DNA from: Pecten maximus
Lineage: Eukaryota
Direction of reading: 5' to 3'
Length of the DNA stretch: 64,000 bases
Assembly (NCBI RefSeq): GCF_902652985.1
Contig: NC_047033.1
Location: 20,894,001-20,958,000 of the forward strand
The stretch's first letter is position 1. Every line of letters starts with the position of its first letter. The position numbers and the translations under genes were made by a program. The notes beneath the pieces are model-generated. The model did no database searches and was not told the DNA's origin. It saw only the letters and a list, made by a program, of their open reading frames with translations. Below are positions 39,973 through 53,134 of this stretch, one piece after another.

Positions 39973-42554
39973 GTAAGATTAAACATCAATACATGAATAA
40001 TTCCTTTTTTAATGACCAATGATCCACTCACAATATTTTTTTTTTGTATAATATAACTTCTATAACTAACGAAATAATGACTATCAATTATATACAACTG
40101 GGGTAGCCGGAAAAGACACATGACAATACTAAAAACAGTGAATATTGTCTTTCTGGAGACTTCTGTGCACAAACTAGAACCGTATGAAACCTCCAATTAA
40201 TCTTCATAAACATGTGCATCAGACGACAGAAATGTAACAAAGCCTCATGAGCTTTCAATATGTCTTATCTGAGAGAAGAATCGCAATTATTACAGCTTGT
40301 ATAAAGGTTATAGGCGATAAAGGATTTTCGGTTATGCAATATTTATAAAATTTGTAATTAATTTTCCATTTTACATGCCTGTGTGTTAGGAGAGTTTGGA
40401 ATCAAAAACGAGCATCATACATCTAAATAAAGACAATAGAATATAACATGCAGTTTACCGTAGAGGGAAAATCGAATATGAATATCGATTTCCAAAAGAT
40501 CAACAACTAAAAAAGTTAAAAGGTAACATTCTAAAAGGCACTTATAGCAAACGAGCTGCTTGCGAAACCCATCAAATCTAGATACAGATCTAATGCATGT
40601 ATATAAACAAACATAAACGATACAGAAAGTGTATCGTTTATATCAAATACATAAAGTTGCATTGTTTAATGTCCTATAAACAGCTATGGTCCTTTAGTGA
40701 CGGTCTTTTCTGTGTGCGAGAAGCATGCGTGTAGTGTATCGCTGTGAGTTTTAGGAGACTGCAGTATGTTTGAGTTTGTAGCTCATGAGTTTAATTTAAT
40801 TCGGTACATTTAATATGTTTGGCAGTAAAACAATTATGTTTGTTTCTATACTTACTTATGCAAATGAAGGCAACGTCTATCACAAACTCTTTTAACCAAA
40901 TTAGCCAAAAATATCGATATTCTGTCATACTCGTGAAATATATATATATATAATTCAACGGAGAACCATTCAATATCCTCTATGTATTAAATTTCCTATA
41001 CAAGGTATAATATGAACGCCTCTAATGGAACAAATGCTGTTTGAACGAAAACCCACGGAGCTGAATTCTCAGGCAACGTACCATCGGTAAAGAAACAATT
41101 TAACCAACATCCACCATCCCCTGCCGTCGGTGACGCTGGAACCAATGTTCTAAGCGACAATTGATCTGAAGCTCACGCTTGAGTGGACTCAAAACGCCAG
41201 CAATCTGCTGTCAGCGCATTAGCTAACTAAACATCTCACAATGTGTCGAGCTCAACTGTTTTCACCAATTGCGGTCAGCTAGCAAATCGAAGCACGCGTT
41301 TTCTTAGACCTTGCAATGATGCAAGTGCTTTTGAGATGATCTGTAAAACACTTTCGGTGATTTCCATTTATTGTTCGTCGTTGGCACGACTAATGCATTG
41401 CACAAGTAATGGTGCCTGTCCAATGACCTGTATCGTGTTAATGTTGTTATGGACGACTGCCAATAATATTCTCAAATGTTGTAATTGTCTTCTCGATCAG
41501 AAACTGTTGACCAATAGTGATCACTGATTACACACTCCTTGAATTGCCTTGGCGATGGAATTACCAGAAATGCTGTAGACTGACATCACGTTTGCCACTG
41601 TAACACAGTAGCTTTCACGTTGGAAATCGATCAACACACTATTTACTCTCAAGCGTGGTTCTCGAGCTCTTGCATATCATAACCTTTTCTCCTGTTTTTG
41701 TTAATTATAATAGGGAAGATATCCTTGGTTTCCTGTGGGGCACAAGAAAAAAAGTAAAAAAACCATTCTAGATTTTTTTTTCATTGTTTCCTTTCCTAAC
41801 TGATCGCTTGATAGTTATAGGTTTGGCTTAGCCTTATTGCTTGACGTCTTCGCAAACGAGGGAAGTCGTACGTTTAATTAGCTACTGGTTAGGGCTGGCT
41901 CGACCGTATGCCATTTTAATGCGACAGGGTAGGGTGGGCGTAACGATAAAATATTCCAAGTTATGACCGAACAGTGCAGTAGCACTGTAAACGAATTCTT
42001 CAGTGACACCATCATCCACGGATGTCGTCTAAATATAGGGTACAGGCACAAACTATCTAAGTCCAGCCATCATTACATTTTTACTATTTCCCGTCAAAAT
42101 TGATGCCCGACAAGGGCATGTAATGTGCGTAAAATTGATCAGGAGTACTATTTAATGGTTAATGAGGATCATGGGAAAGTTTAAAAGTCATCATTATAAA
42201 TTGTTATTTTTCCGTATGCGATATGATGATGCAGGAGACGCTAACCCTACAGAACCACCTGGTCCTATTAACATTGAACTTGTTTAAGAGTCTCGAGACA
42301 AATCTATATTTTGACATCATTTAATTATTTCTAATTTGAATAATGGTTTCGTTATTATGTCACTATGTCGGTATCCTTTGTAGTAGTTTTTTGGGAATTT
42401 TCCCAAAATGAAAACAGAAAAGTAATTTAACAAAATTATTGGAATCAAAGGTTACAATGTAAGCAGGAGATTAATTCCGCAATTAGTCAATTACTTTTCT
42501 GATAATGGATTGTTCAGCTATTTGTCTGTCCATGTGGCCGTGTATCAGTATTTT

Positions 42555-42976
42555 GTTTGGTTTGATATTGTTTAACGTCCTAACAATAGCATAGGCCATT
42601 TAAGGACGGATTTCCCTGTTTGTATGATGTGTGACTTTGATGAGTGTGTGTTTTGGAAGGTTGTTTTGAGTTTGTGTTTTTGTATCTCGTAACTGATAAC
42701 GACTTCATAGTGTTACCTCACTGAAGAATACTACCGAACAACCAAGCAGGACACTCAACCCGGTCACAATATATTGACAACGAGTAAATCAGTTACTCCA
42801 CTCCTAAAATGCTGAGCGTTTAGCAGGAGTATTAATTAACAGTTTTATAGACTCTGGTATTTTTCGGCCAGGGACAGAACCTAAAGCCTTCCTCACAGGG
42901 CAACCCACAAAGACAGTCTTGGGGGTTTTTTTTTAAAGAAGAGAAAATATTTAAGTCGTCTCTTACGATCATGCAA
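42555..42976 (-). mobile_element. Meta-type SINE, near full length, with partial 5' module
   Basis: Colinear with 38535-39057; ends with agtcgtctcttacgatcatgcaa (part of the 5' module). Confidence 0.85.
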
Positions 42977-44344
42977 ACGTTTGTGTTTAACGTAATACGA
43001 TTGGAGCTGTCGAGCGAAATAATGACTTAGATTTAGTAAGTGCTACAGCTGGTAGGGCCGTTCCCTTTGATGATGTTGTCACCATATTCTCATAAATACT
43101 ATTGTCAACTCAGAATTATTGTACACCGAACGTAAATATCCATTTAATCATTAGTCATGTAACTAAATGCAAAGGTAATATTGTGATTCTGGTTTTTAAA
43201 GGTTTTATCAGACGCGGAGGAATTCTGTGCAGATGGATGTGTTACTTGACTGATGGTCTGTATTGACGGTGTAGGGAAAACAAAGGCATAAGTGGAGTTG
43301 TTTGTTATTATCAATAACAATGTCCTTTGTTTTCATTATATAGTATTGTTAAATGGAGAAACGGCCGATATTTGGGAATATATAAAGTCAGAGACTACTG
43401 AACATCTTATATTTACATTTTGGTGGCAAAGCCAAGATATAAACCATAAAGTAAAAAGGTTTGCAGTCTATGTGACCATCATTGACACCCAAAACGTGAC
43501 AACAATCCTTGCCGCGCATGAATATATTCACCCACCGGAACTACTTGTAACTAACGTAAATCGTTTTTTTATGTTAATAAAAAAGTATCAAAAAGACATT
43601 TTATACAATATTGTTGCACAAATAATAAAAAGAATTGAACAGACTTTGTTTTTTTTCGTATTATTTCAATGCACTTTTTTGTTTGCCAATCTACACGTGA
43701 CAAATGAATTTTGAAAAAACAGGCTGTTCTATTTGTCGAACCCCATTGACGAAATCGCTGAATATTGACATTTTTATGCTAACTCAATTTTAATTTTCAA
43801 AAATAACAAAACGAATATGTCGAGAATGTAAATATAAGCATTAAACTGTCTTTTTTGGTAGACACAAATCCTTAACTAAACTCGCAACAAAATAAGCTTA
43901 TTATCATCAATTGATACGAGTTAATTGATAAAGATTCCGCTTAGTAGAGAATATGTTGATGTAAAATGGTTCATTAATGTTTTTTTATGAATCTGAACGA
44001 CACAATATGTGGTAAATGACGATAGTACAATTATATACGATACAGCCACCAATTGTATCATCATATCAAATATTTGACGCATTAAATATGGAACAGTCGC
44101 TGAGCTCTCGCGGGACGAGACAACAATTTATGTTTATTTATTTTACACTGTAGATAAAACATTAATCATTTATGCTTTGTAATACCTGAAATGTGGTGTA
44201 CGGTTATCATTGTACAGACTTGAAGAATAGTTTGTCATTTGTTCATTGAAATATATTAGGTATGTATAATTTATAAAGACATATATCAGCTACCAAATTT
44301 GCCATATCATTAGATATCAATCAACATTGAAACCATTGTGTCGC

Positions 44345-44408
44345 TGTATTGTATTGTATTGTATTGTATTGTATTGTATTGTATTGTATTGTATTGTATT
44401 TTATTGTT
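44345..44408. repeat. (TGTAT)n pentanucleotide microsatellite
   Basis: About 12 copies of tgtat. Confidence 0.95.
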
Positions 44409-46200
44409 TTACCGTCCATTAACAATTCGATTCATTTAGAGACAATACCAAATTAAAAAGATGTTCACAGTAAAAAACAAAACTCAAACTTAAATGTTCC
44501 ATGGGAAAAATCTAAAAATCACTCTTTTCAAAGGAACTGGCTGCAAAACACATATTTTATGGAACCATACCAGTAAAATGACCTAAAAACACTACAATAC
44601 AAATTTGATATATTTCTATACTGAAAGTTGACTTTCTGTTTTATTCAAAATTTTACCAAAATAGTTTTCTCATCTCTCCTATGATTAACCATGGACGATA
44701 ATGTGACTAGGCAGTTCTGACTTTTGACATATTAAAAACGGATATAGTTCAGATGAAGTAATGTATCACTTTAACTCCAACCTTTACGTGTGTCATATGT
44801 ACACTTTATATAGTCATTTGAACTTTAAATGTTAATTTTTTGAGTAACTTCGTAAAATGGAAACAGTTTCCTTATTTGTGCAAAATATAATGTCACAAGG
44901 CTAGAGAAATTGGATGTGAACATGTATGACCAAGTTGGTGATTGATTCACTTTCCATCCTAGATTTACTTCGGCGGTGTGCACTGAAAATAGCACCCTGA
45001 TTATGCCATGACAAAAAAATCCTGTTTCATTTTATTTTTTTAATCCAAAACAATTACCTCTTTCCTCGCAATGCTTTCTTAATGTTTTAAAGGACAAAAA
45101 TGTTCCCCTTAAAAAGTTGCATACCAGTTTCTCAATTTGAAAAGTTGATGAAAAAATATCAATATCAGCGCTTTACACAAAAAAGGGAAATGATACCCGA
45201 ATAAATTTCAGTCCGAATGCGTTTAATTACAGACCAAATATACCACCGAAAGATTTAGCGCATTATTTATGTAGAACGAAGCCAACATCAATAAAAATGA
45301 CACCGGAACTAAGCTTGAAAAGCAAAGTTGAATAGCACTAATATATCGACATTGTAATTACCAGAACGAGGGAACATCAGAGTGATAAAAAGTGTTAAGA
45401 GAAGGAAAAATAAATAAAACTTTATTAATTAACTTTTTCGTTTTATTCCGTTTTCTCAGATTTCAGCATATAAACTAGTTACATATACGTGTCTACAAAA
45501 TTGTCTTGATGAGAGATGGTGGTCATCTGTTTCTTTGATTTTAGAGTTACAACATTTACGCTTGGTCAGGACCATCTCAAGATCCTTTCAGTTAAGTTTA
45601 GCTGAATCCCACAAGAGGAACTTGAGAAGTAAGAAATGTAAACATTTTACGCACGACGTTCTGTTCCAAGCTGCCTAGACTACCACATATTTATGTGTAT
45701 TACATTTATCTACGTTAATAAAGTAGAATGTCAACCATGATTGAAGATAAGGATCTCGGACATATGCGTTAATATGTTTTATTGAAACTTAATTTTCATA
45801 CAGAAGGCATGCTTTCTTTTATGCATCGTTAATCAGACATATATCTTCATGCATGACACATTTCGCCGGCTAAATGAGTTTTAACATGCGAGATGTGTGG
45901 TTTATCCGGTTGTGTGTTTCCATACAGAAGGTAAAATGATGAGATTGATAGTAACAAATGAAGGTTAATTTATTGTTTGAATATGATTGATGGATCCATA
46001 ACGACTATCAACAATATATGTGTTTACTACATCTAGTATGCAATGCGTACGATGCCATGTCGGTGTAGATGGATTGAGAGACATTATAAAAGGTTTATTT
46101 AAAATGGTAGGATGTTTGTATATGTTTTCACCTGGTTTAACGGTCACGCAACAGCCAGATTCATATGAGGACGTGGGGAACGAAACAACAGACAGAAAAA

Positions 46201-46797
46201 ATATGCATTTATGGCCCTGGATGCAGGGCAATATGAAGGTTTGTTTACCCGAAGGGCATGCCCGAGGGAAATATGAGAGCTGAGGGTAAACAAACCTTCA
46301 TATTACCCTGCATCCAGGGCCATACATTGTTTATTATACCGAAAAAGTATCAGTAATGATGATACTCAAAAATAAACTGAAGATATGAAATATCAGTTTT
46401 ATCACAAATCCCTGTGCTCCCGGTCGCTCAATTGATACGATTCCAAGTGAAGGTGTTATTGACAGTTTCTTTTAGAATCTCTTGGAAACAGTTGGCGTGT
46501 ATATTTGTTGATATTTTCGTGTTCTGGGCAATCTTGTTTTGCAGAATTTTATCTTTTTCTGCTTTTTCGACTGCACGAAAACGTTTGCGTTTCTGTTCGT
46601 CTGCCATTTTAAAATAACTGGAAGGGAGACAACTCCTCGCAACAGAATGTGGGGGCCGCCATGGGGTCATGCGGTTCAGGGAGACATGATATTTGTCTCC
46701 CTGGCTCACGCGCCTCAGGGATATATGATGTTTTGTCCCCCTTCCACGTGATGCGTTTCGGCTAATCACAGGCACTGTTATAAGCATGAGGTATAAT
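46201..46797 (-). mobile_element. Crypton-like non-autonomous element, family A copy 2
   Basis: Reverse complement of 12621-13204; hairpin about 46203-46330; ORF fragment 46428-46607 MADEQKRKRFRAVEKAEKDKILQNKIAQNTKISTNIHANCFQEILKE. Confidence 0.8.
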
Positions 46798-46798
46798 G

Positions 46799-47477
46799 AT
46801 ATACAATTATTGCCCTTGTTCCGGGTTGACATGAATATTTGACCACCCGAGAGGTGTCATGTCACCCGAGGGCGTAGCCCGAGGGTGACATGACACCTCA
46901 AGGGTGGGCAAATATTCATGTCAACTCGGAACAAGGGCAGTAATTGTTTTATTATACCGAAAAAAACATAAGTGAATTAATTTTGGTATCAATAAGTTTA
47001 TTTATTACTATCAACAGTTTTTAAGAAAAGTTTTTAAGAGGTACCCCATCGTCTTTCTGGACCCGGCATAAAAATTCTCCCAGTTGAACTTTCAATGTAT
47101 GGACGTCGAAGTTTTCACAATCCTTTGGTCTAGGCCTACCTGTTGCAGATAGGAAATGTCTAAAGGAATCCACGGCCACATTAATGACCCTTTTGGTGTT
47201 TTTAGAATCCTTTTCTTGCAATAATTTCGCCAATTCCTCCTCTGTTGGCAGACGATAGCGTCCGCCGGCAGCCATTGTTGTTGTCAAGCAGAATACTCGG
47301 AACTTCTCTGATTCGACTACTTTTGAAGACGTTACGGAAGAGAGTTCCGAGTTGGGGCTCACGAGAGGGTGACATAACGATTTTGGAGGGCTCACGAGAG
47401 GGTGACATAACGAATGTTTTTAATCACGTGACATGGTTTTCACTAATCAGAAGCTGTGATACAAGTCTGAGGTATAA
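46799..47477 (-). mobile_element. Crypton-like non-autonomous element, family B
   Basis: Terminus ttatacctc (47477); duplicated gggctcacgagagggtgacataacga; terminal hairpin of about 150 bp (46800-46948) with a GCGTAGC loop (46872-46878). Confidence 0.8.
47021..47275 (-). pseudogene. truncated Crypton/DUF3504-type tyrosine recombinase N-terminus (84 aa)
   Basis: MAAGGRYRLPTEEELAKLLQEKDSKNTKRVINVAVDSFRHFL...LKVQLGEFLCRVQKDDG matches the RF...EEEL..L...K.S.NTK....AV..F..YL / L...L..FY...RK.DG pattern of Crypton-derived proteins; no catalytic domain. Confidence 0.7.
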
Positions 47478-48575
47478 CAATAGTTATTATCAATTGTCTC
47501 TAACAGGGGACAATAATTTTGCGTTTCGTCCGCCTCCATTCTTCCACAATTTACCTTGTCCTGGCTCTAACTCCTCTCAGTATTGGCATGACAGAAACAA
47601 AACAAAAAAGAATAAAATGTTTGATATCCCTCAAGGCATGATGACGCTTGAACGCTGGCAATCTTTGGTACAAGCGCAGGAGGGAGGGGGTAGGGGGTCC
47701 CTGTTATATCTCAAACATGTCGTAAGAGGCAAGGGAACCCCTGCAGGGTCGAAGGTGATTGCTCCTTTGTCTTCTGTTCAAGGGCCATTGAAAAGTCCTA
47801 TGGTAGCACACCACAGTAAGACAGCCTGGCCATGGGCAATTTTTTTGTTAAGCAAATAACTCCTGTATTATGATATGTATAAAAAATGAAAAAATAAATG
47901 TACACTATAATTGGTATATCCAGTATGAAGTAGTACATACAGGCTTCACATTTATTAAAACAAAAATCAATAAATTGGTTCCGGATTTTAAATATCCGGA
48001 TTTTCCGAACGTGTGTTTACACAGGAAATTTAGTTTCGCCTACAGCGCAAAATGGAAGCCCACAGAAAAGGTAAGATAGCGGAAAAACTTAATTTACAAC
48101 ATATGTCCAAACAAGATTAATTCTGTCTTTGGGATAGAGATATTTAATTTAAAATAGGTTTCAGAAAAAAAATTGTGTAGAGAATTGTGCCATTTTGGGT
48201 CAAATATCATAATATTTTGCAATTTTTGAGAATTTTTTAAGCTGTTACCATGGTATTCACAGCTCTAAAAATCACAGAAAATATCAGTTTACTTATCCTT
48301 CAGAGCTCTATTAAAATTGCAAATGTTGTACAGATTTCAAATATATATACTTTATTAGAGGTTATATGTAAGGTTAACTGGCAATGTTTACATATCTAAA
48401 GCATGTGCCATATTTTTCAGAATTTGGCAATTTTACTGTACACTGCTACCTATAAGACCTGCTGTATCATGATGCATGTTGATAGCTGAAAGTGACTAAA
48501 AGTGAGGCCTCGCGAAGATTCGGGCATTTTTTCCGTGTCTTTTATATATCGGACATCGAAGAGATCAAAATAGAT

Positions 48576-48797
48576 GGGGCCGCAGTGGCCGAATGTTTGA
48601 GGTGTTCCGACACTTTATCACTAGCCCTCCACCTCTGAATGGCGAGTTCGAAACCTACGTGGGACAGTTACATGCACTGACCGTAGGTCGGCGGTTTTTC
48701 ACCTGGTACTCTGGCTTTCCTCCACCTCCAAAACCTGGCACGTCCTTAAACGACCCTGGCTGTTAATAGGACGCTAAACAAAATAAAGCAAACCAAC
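48576..48797 (+). mobile_element. tRNA-derived V-domain SINE, full length
   Basis: ggggccgcagtggccgaatg (A-box), gagttcgaaacc (B-box), V-domain-like ggtttttcacctggtactctggctttcctccacc, tail; 10-bp TSD caaaatagat at 48566-48575 and 48798-48807. Confidence 0.9.
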
Positions 48798-49336
48798 CAA
48801 AATAGATCTTCTGCTCCCAACGCAACACTGGGATCTTAAATTTTTCCTTCCTGTCTTCTTCCTTATTCGTCTTTCAGTGCTTTGTTTTCTATATATCTCC
48901 CTGACACCTGTCCTCATAAAACCCTGGCTGTTACAAGGACGTTAAGCCACTAAATGGAAACTAACCCCACGCACGTGTCTCGCCTTGTAGTGGAGGTCGT
49001 CCTTAAATTATCTTAGTTATTAAAAGGATGTTAAAAAATACTCAATCAACGACTCATCTTCAGTATTTTATTTATTGATAAACATGTATATATATATGTG
49101 TGTATATGTTACTATCATTATTAAGGTTCAAGCAACATTTACTTCCGTAAAAAGGAATTCCCCCAGTGTCTGTGATCTGTCAGCAATTAGCATAGCCGAA
49201 GAATCTACATTCCATGACCATTTGAACGTGTTAGACGATCCATGAGTTCCGTGAGGCTTGAAGAAGTAGATATGATGGTTTTGTTAGATTAAGCATTGTA
49301 TGTTTGGAACATTCGGAACATTCATCTTGTCATACT

Positions 49337-49708
49337 CTAGATGACAATAAAGACACACTAGATGACGACGACGATGACCACACACTAGATGAGATGACCA
49401 CACACTTGATGACGATTTACTAGATGACGATGACGACACACTAACTGACGATAGCGACACACTAGATGACGGTGACGACATACTAGATGACGATGACGAC
49501 ACACTTGATGGTGATAACGCCACATTAGATGCGATGACGACACACTAGATCACGATAACGACACACTTGATGGTGATAACGCCACATTAGATGCGATGAC
49601 GACACACTAGATGATGATGACGACACACTTGATGGTGATAACGCCACATTAGATGCGATGACGACACACTAGATCACGATAACGACACACTTGAGGACGA
49701 TGACGACA
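49337..49708. repeat. 21-bp GAC/GAT-rich minisatellite with a 62-bp higher-order unit
   Basis: gacacactagatgacgatgac variants; the 21+20+21 unit recurs at about 49498, 49560, 49622 and 49684. Confidence 0.9.
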
Positions 49709-50087
49709 AAAATCAATTCGGATCCAAGTTGATGAGTTCTGTTTTATCCTTTAAATCACAAGTCTTAAAAACCACATATTGAATCGTGAAAATAAGTTTA
49801 CCAATTCGCTCTGATTTTCCCTAAATGTCGATCAGTATATACTCTAATTATCGACATCTTCATGTAAAAGTTGTCTTGTATGCTCTATTGACACTATCAC
49901 CAATCGAGTTCATCTATTGATCGATCCGGAAACGAATTTTAAACCTTTCACACAAGATATAGCTACTCAACACGCAACATAAATATTTCTTAAGTTGGAT
50001 GTTGGATAAGGGGATACACCGTCGATCAAATGTCATTTGATAGCTTGTCGATTTAGTTGAATGGTCATCAAGAATAGAAATATTTCA

Positions 50088-51200
50088 AACAAGAGGCCTA
50101 AGGGCCTTATGATATCGTTCATAAAACTTACATCGACGTTTGCAATTTTGCTGGAAATACAAAATATGGTTAAACAAGAGTTGTCAGGAGACAACATAGC
50201 TCGCTGAATGGGCTGAAATTCAGAGTTACTATTTTCAAAGTAGGTCAAAGATAAATGAAAAAGTCCCCGAACAATAACGATATATGAAAGCGCTACCTTG
50301 TAAGGTTAAGATACATTGGTCAAGGTTAAAAAAATTAAAGCATGTCAAGGGTTACGGTCAAGGTCAGCAGATCCAGGTCTTCTGGAAAGAAACACCAATG
50401 TTAAGCACGTAAGCTGTATCCTCATCAGTATTGATAAAGCACTTTTTTATTAAAAAAAACACGTTAACTTAGCTGTACATGGACGATGCCGACGGCGGGG
50501 TAAAAACAACCGCAAAGACATAAGAGTATATTTTGTTGTAGCCATACTCATACTAAATGTAGCAATGATATTCTTCTATAAACTAATATTAACTGGGTGA
50601 TGCCTGGATCTGAAGAAAAAGATTTTGAAATTTCAACCAATGTGACTTGTTCCCCTCCGCCCCCGGGGAACGAGTCCTGGTCAAAACGTCCATATCATCA
50701 AACTAGCATATTGCTCTAATAATTTCATCTAAGTTTAAACATTTTCAACTGAACATAGATATAATATATATATTTCCTATAAAAAATATGATTAATTTTA
50801 TCTCTTCCCGAGATTCCTGGAGGAAAACGCGAGACCCAGGGTCTGGAGCTCAATAAAAATGCTGGTTAAATACTTGAAGGCCCTATCATCTACTTGTATG
50901 ATGAGAATTTGATACTTAGCATAAGTATATATAAAGATATGGATCTTTATCTTCAGAATCTTCAGAAGATTCTTTCGAATTGTAATCAATTTGTACCCGT
51001 TGTGCCCCGCCCCTCGGGCTCCAGGGGTTAGTCACGGCCGATATGTGCATATCATCAAACTGACATTTCATGTTGATCATTCTAACCACATTTGAATTAT
51101 TTCCAACGGGATCTTATGAAATAATGCTCAAAAATATACTTTCTCTGTATCAACTGTCATAAGGTGTATTTCCTCCACAGGGGAAACACGCCAGGACATT
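50088..51200 (+). mobile_element. cluster of Helentron/pearl-like repeat fragments
   Basis: aacaagaggcctaagggcc and aaacaagagttgtc...gacaac starts, aggtcaaggtca blocks, ggacgatgccgacgg; gaagatttt / gccccgcccc subrepeats similar to 12.3-12.6 kb. Confidence 0.4.
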
Positions 51201-51748
51201 AATTTGCAATAAAACTAAATTAAAATGCATCGTAGGCGGCCATGCAGCACCTCCTTTATATCATATATAGGAAACAAAATATTTAAAAATAGCTTGGTAC
51301 ACTCGGGTATATAGTTTAGAATAACAATTACATTTTTTTTATTAAAATTTGACGCTATGGTTAATCAGATTTTATGATACAGACTGACAGCTTATATAAA
51401 GTTTAAAAATGTGCTTATGTTAACAGTTTGGAAGTTTAAGACATGCTATTCTGCTGCTAATGCTGTCCTTGATAGGCTCTAGATCAGTGCAATCCAGTAA
51501 GATGTGTCTAACGGTAAATGGCTCGTTACACGCGACGATCATGGTCCTCGCGGTTTAATAAGTAGGAATGCGTTATACATGCATTGTCACTCCTAAGACG
51601 GGCAAGGACGTCCACGTCTCAGCGATAGTCTGTGCCAGGGATACCACGTTTTAGTTTAAACATATTTTTATTGTAAAATGAGTATACAACAGGTATCGCG
51701 CACAAGTTTTCCATGTCGTTGAGACCACGTGCCAATAGTATTTCAATA

Positions 51749-51972
51749 TTGGTTTGGTTTGTTTTTGTTTAACGTCCTATTAACAGCCAGGGTCATTTAA
51801 GGACGGCCAGGTCTTGGAGGTGGAGGAAAGCCGGATTAACCGGAGAAAAACCACCGGCCTACGGTCAGTACCTGGCAACTGCCCCACGTTGGTTTCGAAC
51901 TCGCAACCCAGTGGTGGAGGGCTAGTGATAAAGTGTCGGGACACCTTAACCACTCGGCCACCGCGGCCCCGG
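51749..51972 (-). mobile_element. tRNA-derived V-domain SINE, full length
   Basis: Reverse complement of the 48576 copy; 12-bp TSD agtatttcaata at 51737-51748 and 51973-51984. Confidence 0.92.
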
Positions 51973-53134
51973 AGTATTTCAATACCAATAGACTATCCAT
52001 CGATAGTTACTCATACTGACTTCAATAACTTAGTCGCTTTGAAATATCAAACATCTTGATAAAATGATTTTAAAATATTAGAAATAGGTTCAAAATCAGT
52101 CAATGGAAATCATAATGTCGCCTCTACGGCCCGATCATCTACTCTTTTATCAGCAGGGATTCCTTAATGCCCAGGAAATCAGATAAATATGACTTTACTA
52201 CTAAAGCGGGATTATGTAGCAAAAAGAGGTCATGGAGAGTCAGAAAAGATAATTGATCCAGGAACATCGTTGACTCGAATGTGTTTAAGGGCGATATGGG
52301 AAATCTTCATATGAAATCCAAGAAAGATGTAAGAACTGTCTGAGAAAAAGAGATAACAAATTTCAACAGACAAAATTCAACATGGCTGATTGTCGGCCAT
52401 TTTGTTTATATGATCAAGTTCAGAATTTGGCACGCTTAGATACAAACGGAACCTTCATGTGATGTTTGAGAAATATCAAGTTCCTCTCTAGCAATACTGA
52501 TAACAAGGATTGTTTACGGACGGATCACGCCAACGAACTGTGACATATAAAAATAAACAGACTTTTGGGAGCCTAGATTTAGCAGTTGACTTCACAATAA
52601 TATTATATGTGCATATGAAAGTAGGTAACGCAGCCATTAGGGAAGGTGACTGATTGGAAATATAGATTTTTATGTCAATACTTTACAACAATAGTTTTTC
52701 TTCGCCTCAAAGCCCTATTAACGAGCCTATTTACACGGACTCGTAGTCCTCGGCCGGATGTTTCCCGAATACAGGAAATTTGAAACAAGTCGAAACAAGT
52801 TTTATGTTTTCCGGATGATTTACATATGGTGGGATCGTCACCTGTTATTAGAAGGCTGAAGACGATATGTGTGAGTTAACGTTACTTCACGTCACAAGAA
52901 AAAATATGACGTTAGCAAATCAATTGGTGCTTTCCTGATAATAGTCCGGTCTAAATATAGACATTGATTTAGAGTAAAACATATTTACCCGCTAGAATCA
53001 TTGATAAAACTAATCTTACATGATATCTTACGTCATGCTTTAAACATAGTTGTAATTAGAAGTCAGATAACTAACAACCAAGAAGGTAGGGCGTCAGAAT
53101 CGTTACTTCGTAGTGGAGCCGACTAAATTCGTTG

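Noticed and set aside
41000-41530. Long minus-strand frame with scattered stops in a GC-richer patch
   Set aside because: Stop density is not clearly below chance and no family motif was recognised
43292-43714. 140-aa ORF
   Set aside because: Non-ATG start, AT-rich composition, no motif or splice support
47245-47859. Longest ORF in the track (204 aa)
   Set aside because: Antisense to the Crypton fragment, crosses the element boundary and a direct repeat, and has no protein-like motif
49284-49523. Ser-rich ORF
   Set aside because: Antisense translation of the GAC/GAT minisatellite
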